Source: Squalus acanthias
Taxonomy: Eukaryota
DNA length: 64,000 bases
Direction: 5' to 3'
NCBI GenBank assembly: GCA_030390025.1
Contig: CM059432.1
Span: forward strand, 9,734,001-9,798,000
The position numbers and the translations under genes were made by a program. Positions 13,125 through 26,144 of the stretch are shown here, piece by piece. Each line of letters starts with the position of its first letter. Position 1 is the first letter of the stretch. Under the pieces are notes generated by a model that saw only the letters and a program-made list of their open reading frames with translations, ran no database searches and was not told where the DNA came from.

Positions 13125-13830
13125 GTCAGCTGTGGCTCAGTTGGTAGCACCCTCACCTCTGAGTCAGAAGGTTCTGGGATCAAGTCCCCACTCCAGAGAC
13201 TTGAGCACAAAAATCTAGGCTGACACTCCCAGTGCAGTGCTGAGGGAGTGCTGCACTGTCAGAGGTGCTGTCTTTCGGATGAGATGTTAAACCGAGGCCC
13301 AGTCTGCTCTCTCAGGTGGACATAAAAGATCCTGTGGCACTATTTCGAAGAAGAGCAGGGGAGTTGACATGAATCTTGTCATTCATGGGAAATTACTTGT
13401 GGCATAATACTGGACGGCCTGCTGGTGGCGCTGTCCAGGGAGAGTATAAATACTCGGGCATGGGCCCAGCTTGCTCAGGACATTCTTTAACAGGAACTAG
13501 TGAAGGACACAACTAGATCTCCATGTTGTAAAACAGTTGATTAAAGCTTTGTTTAACGCTTAGACCAAGTGCCTAGTAGTTTTCTTACATCAGGAGTTAT
13601 CCCCAGTGTTCTGGCCAATATTTATCCCTCAATCAACATCACTAAAACAGATTATCTGGACATTATCACATTGCTGTTTGTGGGAGCTTGCTGTGCGCAA
13701 TTTGGCTGCTGCGTTTCCTACATTACAACAGTGACCACACTTCAAAAAAGCATTTAATTGGCTGTAAAGCGCTTTGGGACATCCGGTGGTCATGAAAGGT
13801 GCGATATAAATGTAAGTCTTTCTTTCTTTG
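13125..13830 (+). mobile_element. Full-length DeuSINE/SacSINE1-like SINE with nested solo LTR
   Basis: Box A TGGCTCAGTTGG, Box B GGATCAAGTCC, Deu core (aaccgaggccc..tcaggtgga..gaagaagagcagg..ggccaatatttatccctca), tctt tail. Confidence 0.9.
13365..13592 (+). mobile_element. 228-bp solo LTR (copy 2)
   Basis: tgacat..acatca, perfect 5-bp TSD GGAGT, TATA box and ATTAAA. Confidence 0.85.
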
Positions 13831-15988
13831 AGAGAGAGCCTGTTCGATTTTAATTGTCATGTTGCTATAATATAAAAGGTGATTTCACCAAGTGTGGTAC
13901 TCAACTTCCATCAGGTTTATGAGAAATATACAGATGGGGGGCAAGGGGCAAGGTGCAAGGAATGAAACGGTGCAAATGACTTTATTTAATCAACACAAGG
14001 GGTCGGGAGAATGTCACGGCGATAACCTGTGCCATTTGGCAATAAAAAGTTAAGTGCGAATTAGCTGTGACCACAACATTAAGAATCAGTAACAACAGTG
14101 GCAGAATTCCCAGACATTCATAGCAACAAAGAATTTTGAGGAACAGGGAAAGGCCAATAGGCCGAATAATCTGGCCGCTTTATGATTAATCTATCTGTCT
14201 GCTCACCATCTTCATCAATTTCTTTTCTCTCCAGAAATACACTTAATTGCCTTTTGAACCCAATTATCTTGTCTGCTTAATTATCTTCCCTGGGAAATTA
14301 TCCCACTACTCGATAACTCTTTTTTTTTAAACAAAGAAAGGCTTTCACCCGGCTTCTCTCCTTATTCCTAATTTCCTCATTCTTAACTTGTATTCTCTGG
14401 TGTTTTCATAATGGTGAGTCCACCCTTCACCATGGTGAACAACTTCAATTGTGTCAATCCCTTCACGATCCTGAATACTTCATTAGTGAAGAGGGGTGGG
14501 AGGAGGCTCGTGTGGAGCATAAACGCTGGCATGAACCAGTTGGGCTGAATGGCCTTCTTCTGTGCTGTAGACTCGCTGAAACTCGATGTAGGCCAGCCTG
14601 AAGTCTCCTAGCGGCTGGCAAGGTGCCCCACGCATGTTCAGAGAATCTAGCATCAAGTACTCCAACTGTGGTTTGTTGGCGTCTAAGACCACAATTGGAG
14701 TATGAGACCACAGTTAGAAAGAAAGAAAGACTTGCATATATATAGCGCCTCGCCATGCGCTATGCGCTGGAAGCAGTACGTAACTATTTAAATGAGCTGT
14801 CCTTGCATTATGGGCCAAGGCTGCCTTGTAGCCTTGAAGGCACAGCCAGCACTTGATATACTGCTGCACCAGAGCCTCAGTATTCGCCCCTGTGTCATGG
14901 TTGTGATGAGCGGCTATGGACTGGAAGAAATATTGCTTAGTGGTTCCAATTCTTTTTCTCCTTAAGTCAAATTGTGCTGCTAATGTCCTGTTATCTGGTA
15001 GACAATCAGTCTCTCACCTCTAGTCCCCCTTTCTCTGTCGCAATCTTTCTTGTCAACATTTTATCGATGCAGAACTTTGTTTCTTTTGGGCTCCGAATAC
15101 ACAGCAGCACCAGCACAGAAACAAACCTCCCAGTCACTTACATTACACAGACGAGGTCCACATTCTTGTGCTATGGCACGTGGGCCCTGAATTTCCATGG
15201 AGTTTCTCCCAATCTCCTCCCGTGATTTCAGCAGGAGTCCAGTGGAACCCCTATAGAAGCAGCTGAAAATGGTGTTTACAGCATTTCTCTGGGAGGTTCC
15301 ACTGATCTGTTGCAGTGGGAGATCAGTACATCCCTCACTGAAACTTAGGGCTACACTGTCTGTCATCCATGTCTTTCAGAGTCTCACCAGCCATTCTAAT
15401 TGTTAGTCACACCTGCAGAGAGACGAAGAGCTACTCCGAGGGCATAATGTGAAGTAGCGCACCTCTTACTTAAGCTGTCTTGTGTCCCACTTGGCACACA
15501 CTCCTCAGCTGCTAGACTTAACCTAATTCATTCAATCTTGTTGCAGGCCAATCTGGTGCTCAATGCCAACAAGAGTCAGGCCACCGGGAGGACCATTCCC
15601 AAACTGAAAGATGTCCAGCTCCCTATGAGGTGCAGGACATGTAACTAATTGGGAGGCATTCTAGGCCAGAAATTCATTATAGCCCAGAAATGGACGGTAA
15701 AATTAGAAAAGTTGGAGAAATAGCGCCTGGCACTAATGCTTTAAACTGCACGCAAAATTCGTGCTCACTGCTCAAAGAAATGATTCGAGCGCTAATTCAA
15801 GTCTTAAAGCCCAAGTTCATTGGCATTAAACTCAAAGGGTGGACCAATATCAGGCTTTTTTCAGTACTTAAAGGGGAGGTTCATTGATGCTGCAGAACCT
15901 CATTCTCAGCATTGCTGGCTGTGCAGTTGCCTCAGCAAGCAGCAGCAGGTTAAGGAGAAGGAGCCGGAGGACTGAAGCAGCTGTACTC

Positions 15989-17357
15989 ATGCCAGATCCA
16001 CGCCCCAGGGAGAGAGACTGCAGATTCTGCGATCAAGCATTGGAGGCGTTGGTGTTCGCTGTGGAGAGACGGAGGGCGGTGCTCTACCCAACAAGTGGCA
16101 GGAGACCTTCGCCACAAGTCTTCCGAACCATGTGGCGAGAGGTAGCACAGCACATCTCGGGCAGCACTGTGGTCCCCAGGACCCACACACAGTGCAGGAA
16201 GAAATTTATCGACCTCAATCGCATGGTCAGGGTGAGTGAATGCTTCAATAAAGGCTACATACCAACATCTGAACCATAGTCTTCACACACTGCCCAAAGC
16301 ACCACACCCCCAGCACTCACCCACCAACAATCTCTACCTAACAACACTCACACCCACATCTCACACCTTGCATGCAATGACAGCTATTCAACTATAGCAG
16401 GCACATCACCCAAACACATTGCTCCACACTCACTCACACACTTTCCTTTCTCTTGCAGGCCAAGGTGGCTCACAACAAGAGGGAGCAGGAGTGCACAGGC
16501 GGGGGACAAGATGACTGTGTGCGCTGGAGAATCAAGTGCTGCAGATTATTGGGCGCCACGTGGTGGGCGCCATAGCCACCAGCAACGTTGACTCCCTTGG
16601 GGACAACAACGATATGTTCATCCCTACTCCTTCTTCTCATATCCCACTTCCCCTTCACCCCACAAGCGTTTCACACTTTCCACCTAATCATGCTGTATAC
16701 ATGTATTTCTCCCTTCCTGCCTCCCTCCCCTCACCTTAACCCGACTCTTGTGCCTTGATGCTTTGAGATAATCAGCAAGCACCTGAGCAGCCTGTCCCTG
16801 AGGGCACCGTAGAGAGTGAGTCGGGAGAAGAGGAGGAGGAAGAACACACCGTGTTACTGCATGTCTCACCCGCAGGCACCAGCTCAGATACTGGAACTAT
16901 GCGTTCTTTAGAGGCTAGTATAGTAGAGGGATCTGCACAGGGTGAGGCACTGGGGATGAGCGGGCTGCAGCAAGGCCAGGGGGAAAGGGTAGCTCGGGGG
17001 CCAGCTCCCCGGAAGACGAGTTCGCGCACGAGTTCTGCTACACAGGAATCAGATGAGGACCTCGATGGGGAGGCATTTAGAAGAAGGGTGATGGGCATGC
17101 ACATGGAGATGATAGGTGCAATGGCAAGGGTACCTGAGAGCCTCTCGGCAATGATAAGGAGCGTGGAGGAGTCCGCCTCCAACATTGCACAAGGCTCTGC
17201 GCACACCATGGAGCCCATCATTTCCAGTCTGCAAAGGATGGTGGACTCCCAGAGAGACCGTGGCAACCCAGACCTGATGCCGTGTGTGATGGGCAATCTG
17301 GCAGCTTCCATTGCAGCACAGGCAGAAGCGACGCAAAGTCTTAGTGCTGTAATGTAG
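15989..17357 (+). pseudogene. Harbinger Myb/SANT-like (MSANTD/NAIF1-type) gene, 3 exons, disabled
   Basis: Exons 15989-16231, 16459-16611, 16768-17357; RF..ALEALV..VERRR.VL..WREVA..RTHTQCRKKF; frameshift in exon 2, mutated donor (atatgt) and acceptor (gag); TIR-like ggccagaaatt near 15663. Confidence 0.8.
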
Positions 17358-17447
17358 TCTATGCTTGGTGGCATCCAATCTCAGTCTGCTCTCATGCAGT
17401 CTCAGCTTGACGCCATGCAAGCTCTAACTGTTGCCATCATGGCTGGG

Positions 17448-20065
17448 TCTGGAACTCACCACCCTTTCAGGCAGTGAGTTCCAGACCCCCAACCACCCCC
17501 TGGGTGAAAAAATTTCTCCTCAAATCCCCTCTAAACCTCCGACCAATTACTTTAAATCTATGTCCCCTGGTTATTGACCCTTCTACTAAGGGGAATAGGT
17601 CCTTCCTATCCACTCTATCTAGGCCCCTCATAATTTTATACACCTCAATCAAGTCTCCCCTCAGCCTCCTCTGTTCCAAAGGAAACAACCCCAGCCTATC
17701 CAATCTTTCCTCATAGCTAAAATTCCCCAGCCCAGGCAACATACTCGTAAATCTCCTCTGCACCCCCTCTAGTGCAATCACATCCTTCCTGTAATGTGGT
17801 GACCAGAACTGCATGCAGTATTCTAGCTGCGGCCTAACTAGTGTTTTATACAGTTCAAGCATAACCTCCCTGCTCTTATATTTTATGATGCGGAGATGCC
17901 GGTGTTGGACTGGGGTGGACAAAATTGAGAGGTCGCACAACACCAGGTTATAGTCCAACAGTTTTATTTGAAATCACAAGCTTTCGGAGCTATCGCGCCT
18001 CGGCTAATAAAGGCAAGTATCCCGTATGCCTTCTTAACCACCTTATCTACCTGTCCTGCTACCTTCAGGGATCTGTGGACAAGCACTCCAAGGTCCCTGT
18101 GATCTTCTGCACTTCTCAGTGTCCTACCATTTATAGTGTATTCCCCTGCCTTATTAGCCCTCCCCAAATGCATTACCTCACACTTCTCCAGATTGAATTC
18201 CATCTGTCACTGTTCCGCCCACCTGACCAGTCCATTGATATCTTCCTGCAGTCTGCAGCTTTATTCTTCCTTATCAACCACACGGCCAATTTTTGTTTCA
18301 TCTGCAAACTTCTTAATCATACTTCCTACATTCAAGTCCAAATCATTGATATATACCACAAAAAGCAAAGGACCCAGTACTGAGCCCTGCGGAACCCCAC
18401 TGGAAACCGCTTTCCAGTCACAAAAACACCCTTCGACCATTACCCTTTGTTTCCTGCCTCTGAGCCAATTTTGGATCCAACTTGCCACTTTGCCCTGGAT
18501 CCCATAGGCTTTTACTTTCGTGATCAGTCTGCCATGCGGGACCTTATCAAAAGCCTTGCTAAAATCCATATAGACTACATCAAATGCACTACCCTCATCG
18601 ACCCTTCTTGTTACCTCCTCAAAAAATTCAATCAAGTTAGTCAGACATGACCTTCCCATAACAAATCCATGCTGACTGTTCTTGATTAATCCGTGTCTTT
18701 CTAAATGAAGATTTATCCTGTCCCTCAGAACTTTTTCCAATAATTTTCCCACCACCGAGGTTAGGCTGACTGGCCTGTAATTACTCGGTTTATCCCTTTC
18801 TCCCTTTTTAAACAAAGGTACCACATTAACAGTCCTCCAGTCCTCCGGCACCACACCTGTAGCCAGAGAGGATTGGAAAAAAATGGTCAGAGCCTCTGCT
18901 ATTTCCTCTCTTACTTCTCTTAACAGTCTGGGATACATTTCATCTGGGCCTAGGGTATTTATCCACTTTCAATGACGCTAAACCCCTTAATACTTCGTCT
19001 TTCACTTTGTTTATTTCATCTAATATTTCACACTCCTCCTCCCTGATTGCAATGTCTGCATCGTCCCTCTCTTTTGTGAAAACAGACGCAAAATATTCAT
19101 TAAGAACCATACCCATGTCTTCCGTCTCCACACACAGGTTACCTTTATGGTCCCCAATAGGCCCTACTCTTACTTTAGTTACCCTCTTGCTCTTAATGTA
19201 TTTATAAAACATCTTTGGGTTTTCCTTGATTTTACTTGCCAATATTTTTCATGCCCTCTTTGCTTTCCTAATTTCCTTTTTAATTTCACCCCTGCACTTT
19301 CTATACTCCTTTCGATTTTCTGCAGTATTGAGTCCTCAGTATCTGTTATAAGCTTCCCTTTTTTTCTTTATTCTGCCCTGTATGCCCCTTGACACCAAGG
19401 GAGCTCTAGATTTGTTAGTCCCACCCTTTTTCTTTAAGGGAATATACTTGCTCTGAACCCTCACTATCTCCTCCTTGAATGCCTCTCACTGCTCCGACAC
19501 TGATTTGCCTTCAAGTTTCTGTCTCCAGTCCACTTTGGTTAAATCACCTCTCAGCTTAGTAAAATTAGCTTTTCCCCAATTGAGAACTTTTATTCCTGGT
19601 CCATCCTTGTACTTTTCCATAACTACCCTAAATCTAACTGATACCAATATGCTCTCCACTGATACCCCTTCTACCTGCCCAGCTTCATTCCCTAAAGCTA
19701 GGTCCAGAACCGCCCCCTCTCTTGTTGGGCTTGCTACGTACTGGCTAAAAAAGTTCTCCTGAATGCATTTTAAGAATTCTGCTCCCACTATACCTTTCAC
19801 ACTAATTTTATCCCAGTTAATATTAGGGAAGTTGAAATCCCCTACTATTACTGCCCCATTTTTGCACGTCTCAGAAATTTGCCGACATATTTGCTCTTCT
19901 ATCTCCCTCTGACTGTTCGGAGGTCTATAATACACTCCCAGCAGTGTGATTGCCCCTTTTTTGTTTTTCAGTTCAACCCATATCCTCCCTTCTCACAACT
20001 GTAATTGATTCTTTAATCAATATTGCAACCTCCCCCCCTCCTTTTTTATCCCCCTCTCTATCTCT
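17448..20065 (-). mobile_element. Decayed CR1 LINE (APE+RT, frameshifted)
   Basis: ORFs 19486-19935 (YYRPP, VGDFN), 18940-19242, 18261-18938 (NYRPVSLTS, QHGF, FADE), 17964-18203, 17467-17958. Confidence 0.92.
17887..17997 (-). mobile_element. Penelope-like terminal fragment inserted in CR1
   Basis: Reverse complement nearly identical to 31631-31702; includes the 3' half of the hammerhead (gctccGAAAgcttgtga). Confidence 0.7.
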
Positions 20066-20366
20066 ATTAAGTCAAAAGGTGTTCTTTTTAGCACGAGAGT
20101 TTAAATTTAAGCATCTGAAGCAACACAGCTATAAAGACACGAACAGGAGGGAGTGATTAATGCAGTGTCTGGGACTGCAGCCAAGGCATTGATGAGAGTA
20201 AACATAAATAAGGTGTAGACGAGATGATTGAGGTGAGGGAAAACTGTTGATGCAAAGGAGAGCAGTAATTGATGAAACAGTATTAAAACCAGCCAAAATT
20301 AATTAACAAATATAACACCAATCTCGCTGTATAGAATGTAGGTACAAACATTTTTTCCTATTTCTA

Positions 20367-20685
20367 CAACAACAACGGCTTGCATTTATGTAGCACCTTT
20401 AACATAGTAAAACGTCCTAAGGCGCTTCACAGGAGTGTTTATCAAACAAAATTTGACACTGAGCCACAAAAGGCGATATTAGGGCAGATCAAAGAGGTAG
20501 GTTTTAAGGAGCGTCTTAAAGGAGGAGGGAGAGGTAGAGAGGCCAAGAGGTTTAGGGAGGAAATTCCAGAGTTTGGGGACTAGGCAGCTGAACGCACGGC
20601 CACCAATGGTGGAGCGATGAAAATCGGGGATGCCCAACAGGCCAGAATTAGAGGAGCGCAGATACCTCGGAGGGTTGTGGGGCAT
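20367..20685 (-). mobile_element. L2-like LINE 3' end
   Basis: (CAA)n tail; matches 26150-26480. Confidence 0.75.
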
Positions 20686-21127
20686 ATGTAAAATTCTGTC
20701 ACAAAATCTAATTCTTCATCAGTAATATTCGGTCGTTGCAGTAACTGCCAAAACTTGGCAAAGATTGGCACAGAAAATAAATCTGAGCTCAGGCGCTCAA
20801 ATTGCTGAGTCCACACTTTATGGGTTCTCATTACTCTCCTATGAAGATCAAATTTGAATACTGGCTCGTAAATGTGACATCGCTTAACTTGCTGCAAAAC
20901 TTACGATGGCAACAGTGAATGGCTGAGTCGGGTTTTCCTGAGGCTAACATCACAGCACAGCTTGCATTACTGCGCAATAACACTGTGCCTCTGTGAAAGT
21001 ACTGCCACACACGGGAGCAATCTTTAACAAGTTTCAAAAGTAGTCTAAAGTAATAGTATTTCCAATAATCTTCACTTATATAGAGTATCATGTTGATGGA
21101 AAACGAAATATTACACAGAATTACATA

Positions 21128-23601
21128 GGGGGGAATTTTCCAGGGGGTCAGTGGGCACGATCAGTGGCCAGTCGGGTGGGGGAAAAAAAAAATTTTGACG
21201 GCAGGTCGGGACCCCGCTGTCAACCCGCCGCCATGCGCCTTTACCAAATATCGGGTCTGTCAGCGCTGAGCAGGCCTGACACACAGCGGCGCAGGAGGCA
21301 ATTCAGGTCATTATAACCTTGTTAACAGAGCATTAAGAACCATTTTCAGCTCACCTTCAGAGTTTACCAGGTTGCCCACGGGGTCCACGCTGCTCGGGGA
21401 TCACGTCAGGTAAGCAGGGCGGGAGTTGTACGACCATGGAATCATCTCATTACTTGACAGCTGCAAATGTGCTATAAAAGCTCCCATCTCACAGCTGTTC
21501 ACCTTCCAAGCTCAGAAGCTGTTGCTTACTGCATTTGGAAGACAGATTGAGCTTTATGCAGGTTGCAAGTGTTTGGAGCAAACTCTCTATCCAGTGTCAC
21601 CTCATTGGAACAACCTCTCTCACCATTGACAGATCGCTTCTGTCATCTCTACTTCACCAGCCATCTATTCCATCAGCATCGGTGCCCTTGAAACTATCTC
21701 ACCTTGGTCCTCAGAATCCCAACACGATCAGCCCCAACCCCAGCAGCACCAGGCACACCAGCAGCACCAACAACAACACCAACCTTCTCCGCAATCACCT
21801 GATGCTGCACAGGACACAGGGCATCAGCACCCGACCACATTGCTGCCTGGGAGGCCAGGGTTGGCCTCACCATGGCCAGATTTACTTCACTTGATGCTGC
21901 ACACCCTGGCTGCCACATGATGCACCAGGTTGGCACCACCCCACACCAACACCATAAAGCATCCCTATAATGTCCAAGCCATTCCTTTCACACTCATCAC
22001 CATTGCAGGGGGTACCGTTGTGTCTCACCATTCACTGCAACTCACTAAGCCACTTCCAAATGTGCACACAAATCTGTCCAAGAACACAAAGGGCTGAATT
22101 TTGATACTGGGACGGGTTGGGGTCGTGTCATCCGCATTTCGTGTTATCCACCCGCCTGAAATTGGATGTGGGAGATTGATGCAATTTTCACTTAATTGGG
22201 CAATTGAGTTCCAGCATGTGGGAACCCATGAACCAATTAGTGGTTTCAGTCTGAAAGTCGCCTCTGATGATGTCATCATTGCAGGTCAGAGACTGCCTGG
22301 TCTCAGAGATTGCCTGGCCTTTGCTGTGAGAGGACCTGGATGCAAAATGAGCAGCATCTGAGAGAGAGAGAGAGAGAATTTTTTTTGCAACCAAGTCCTC
22401 CCAGGCAGTCTCTGAAGACATTCAATGCAGCAGCATCAGAGGCATCTGACCTAATACTACTACCTTCATCACATCTCTGTTGTAATAGTGGACCTGCAGC
22501 TGATAGTCAGCTGTCCACTTGTGCTCCCGCCAGGATTCACTGGCGTGTTTCACGTCAGGCGTACTTCACGTCGGAAAAGGGTTAAACTAGCTAAAACGTT
22601 TCAAAATGGCATTACAGAGCCAATTTAGGGCTTGTTAAGGGCTTTAATGGCCTCTCCCGCCTCTTGGAGGCGGGACGGAGTCGGGAACCCCACGACCGAT
22701 TTTGTCAAAATTGCGTGGAGGCGGAATGGAGTCGGGATGGGGTCGGGACCCCCGAATCTGCAACTTTAACCCCCCACACGCCTCCAAACCCGACTCCACG
22801 GGTCATTGAAAATCCAGCCCAAAGTGTTCAAAATAAAGGTTTCAATGTTTGACAACACATTAACAGAAACTTTACAGGAACATTGCATAAAACACCCAAG
22901 TGCCTACCCTTGTGTGTTGTTAGTTGGTATGATTGCACTAGGGTGAGGGTGAGTGTGAGGGGTGGCTAGTGAGATGGGGAAGTGATAATGTAGATAGAGA
23001 GGGATGGGTGGAGGTGTAAGGTAAGTTGGTGTGAGTAAGGATGTGCAGGAGTAGGGTAGGGAAGGCAGAGTGTTGGTGATGTGATGAGTGGCACAGCAGG
23101 ATGAGGTTGAGTGTGGCTTTGCAGTAACATTTCGTGATCTACTAAGATCATTGAAAGTTTTGCGCCACTGCAGCCTGGTCCTCCTGACAACATCCCTGCT
23201 TGTGCCCTCCTGTGCAATGTGCAACCAGGCTGCGTTGGTCTCCTGGGGAGGTCTCTTCAGCCCATTGGAAGGGAAGAGAATCTCCCTGCGTGCTGTGACT
23301 CCCTCCATAAGCATATGGAGGGAGTCATGGGAGAGCCTGGGTGCAGCCGTGCACCTCTGTGCAGTGCTTGTCAGTATTTGCAGCACCTCAATGCTGTAGA
23401 ACACTGACAGCACAAATGTCAAAATCAATTTGCGCATGGTCCCTTTAAGGAAACCGGCTGATGATGCGTCATCAAATGACATCATCAGACCCACTTCATT
23501 CAACTGGCCGGGAAACTGGGGAGAATTATTTTGGACAGCGGGCTGGAGCCGGCAGCGCGGTCGCCCGCCACGAACCTGCTGAGGTTGGTAACATCCAGCT
23601 C
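21128..23601. mobile_element. Decayed PIF/Harbinger element with Myb/SANT remnant on the minus strand (~23120-23400)
   Basis: TSD ATA; splits a CR1 tail (ttacata|gactttaca); APRLSHDSLHMLMEGVTARREILFP..AWLHIA..LQWRKTFNDL. Confidence 0.75.
22091..22820. mobile_element. Harbinger MITE nested in Harbinger
   Basis: TIRs gggctgaatttt / aaaatccagccc, TSD AAA, repeated ggagtcggg motifs. Confidence 0.8.
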
Positions 23602-23827
23602 ATAGACTTTACACCACAGACACAGGCCATTCAGCCCAACTGGCCCATGCCGGTGTTTATACTTCACACGAACTTCCTCCCACCCGAATTCATCTCACCC
23701 TATCAGCGTATCGTTCTATTCCATTCTCCCTCCTGTACTTATCTAGCTTCCCCTTAAATGCTATGCTATTCACATCAAACACTTATGATTATGATGTAGC
23801 TTAATTACGACATATGTTGCATCGGTG

Positions 23828-24029
23828 CGGAGGTGAGGTGAGAGTGACTGCCCTTGACATCAAGGCAGCATTTGACCGAGTCTGGCATCAAGGAGCCCTA
23901 GTGAAACTGAAGTCAATGGGAATCGGGGAGAAAACTCTCCACTGGCTGGAGTCATACCTAGCACAAAGGAAGATGGTTGTGGTGGTTGGAGGTCAATCAT
24001 CACAGCCCCAGGACATCGCTGCAGGAGTC
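23828..24029 (+). mobile_element. RT fragment of the 3944-7821 LINE family
   Basis: EVRVTALDIKAAFDRVWHQG..WLESYL. Confidence 0.8.
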
Positions 24030-25568
24030 ATAGAGTCATCGAGTCATCGAGTTATACAGCACAGAAAGAGGCCCTTCGGCCCATCGTGTCCGTGCCGGCC
24101 ATCAAGCCCTGTCTATTCTAATCCCATTTTCCAGCACTTGGTCCGTAGCCTTGTATGCTATGGCATTTCAAGTGCTCATCTAAATGCTTCTTGAATGTTG
24201 TGAGGGTTCCTGCCTCTACCACCCTTTCAGGCAGTGAGTTCCAGATTCCAACCACCCTCTGGGTGAAAAAGTTTTTCCTCAAATCCCCTCTAAACCTCCT
24301 GCCCCTTACCTTGAAACTATGCCCCCTGGTTATTGACTCCTCTACTAAGGGGAAAAGTTCATTTCTATCTACCCTATCTATGCCCCTCATAATTTTGTAC
24401 ACCTCAATCAGGTCCCCCCTCAGCCTTCTCTGCTCTAAGGAAAACAACCCCAGCCTGTCCAGTCTCTCTTCATAGCTGAAGCGCTCCAGCCCAGGTAACA
24501 TCCTGGTGAATCTCCTCTGCACCCTCTCCAATGCAATCACATCCTTCCTATAGTGTGACGACCAGAACTGCACACAGTATTCCAGCTGTGGCCTAACTAG
24601 CGTTTTGTACAGCTCCATCATAACCTCTCTGCTCTTACATTCTATGCCTCGGCTAATGAAGGCAAGTATCCCATATGCCTTTTCAACCACCTTATCTACC
24701 TGTCCTGCTGCCTTCAGGGATCTATGTACATGCACACCAAGGTCCCTCTGATCCTCTGTCCTTCCTAGGGTCCTACCATTCATTGTGTATTCCCTTGCCT
24801 TGTTAGTCCTCCCAAAATGCATCACCTCACACTTTTCAGGGTTAAATTCCATTTGCCACTGTTCTGTCCATCTGACCAACTCGTCTATATCGTCCTGTAG
24901 CCTGAGGCCTCCCTCCTCGCTATTTACCACGCCACCAATTTTCGTGTCATGTGCGAACTTACTGATCATGCCTCCTACATTCATATCTAAATCATTAATG
25001 TACACTACAAACAGCAAAGGACCCAGCACCGATCCCTGCGGTACACCACTGGACACAGGCTTCCAGTCACAAAAACAACCTTCGACCATCACCCTCTGCC
25101 TCCTGCCACTAAGCCAATTTTGGATCCAATGTGCCAAATTGCCCTGGATCCCATGGGTTCCTACCTTCTTGACCAGTCTCCCATGCGGGACTTTGTCAAA
25201 AGCCTTACTGAAGTCCATGTAGACTACATCAACTGCACTACCCTCATCCACACACCTAGTCACCCCCTCGAAAAATTCAATCAAATTGGTTAGACATGAT
25301 CTCCCCCTGACAAAGCCATGCTGACTATCCTTGATTAATCCTTGCCTCTCCAAGTGGAGACTAATTCTGTCCCTCAGAATTTTTTCCAATAATTTCCCTA
25401 CCACTGATGTTAGGCTCACTGGCCTGTAATTCCCTGATTTATCCCTACAACCCTTCTTGAATAATGGTACTACATTAGCTTTCCTCCAGTCCTCTGGCAC
25501 CTCCCCTGTGGCCAGAGAGGTTCTGAAAATTTGTGTCAGAGCCCCTGCAATCTCCTCCCTTGCCTCAC
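24030..25568 (-). mobile_element. 5'-truncated CR1 LINE; RT reading frame open but FADD mutated to FAHD
   Basis: ORF 24118-25647 (509 aa) NYRPVSLTS, QHGF, DFSKAFDKV, GVPQGS, FAHD. Confidence 0.93.
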
Positions 25569-26144
25569 AAAGTATTTTATTGTTGGTTATTCCCTCCAAC
25601 AGTGTAATCTCTGATCTTCTGCGAGCAATGCCGTGGGAGATCTGCAAGTATTTTCGATCTAGAACAACAAAAACCTCTTCATAAAGGCTAGCTTTAGACC
25701 TGTGTCAAGCTCACTCTAATCAATGTTTTTTTTGCTTTCGATATGATGTGTCACGACTAATGAAGAACGATGGATGTGACTCTATCATATCTGAAGATCA
25801 TTAAATGTCAACTCATGGACTTGTAACAAGATTGCTGGTGGGACCATTGAAAGAGACAATAAGACAAAAATGGAATTTTCTCTGAAGGGTGGGGATATAT
25901 TCTGGGCAACAAGAAGTAGTGCCGCTGTGAAAAGACAAATCAATGCTTTATTCTATGTAGGCTAAATCAAACAGCCTTAAATTCATTGACTAAGAACACA
26001 AGCCAGATTTTTAATAATGACATATCTGCAGAGGTTTCAATCCACGATCACTCAAGTCAGCTTTCAAAATGATCAGTGGCATCAATAACTCTTAAAAGGG
26101 GACAGCCTTCGTGAAAAATATTTGGCAAGCTTTCTCCATTTCTT

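Noticed and set aside
13125..13200. tRNA genes (also at 40338, 58788, 10250-10340)
   Set aside because: A/B boxes are present, but they are SINE heads with no complete cloverleaf and are followed by SINE bodies.
7561..13592. A full LTR retrotransposon bounded by the two 228-bp LTRs
   Set aside because: Each LTR has its own TSD, and there is no gag/pol, PBS or PPT between them.
24118..25647. 509-aa ORF as a host-CR1 fusion gene
   Set aside because: The first ~27 codons are a chance open flank with a non-ATG start, and the RT catalytic motif is mutated (FAHD).
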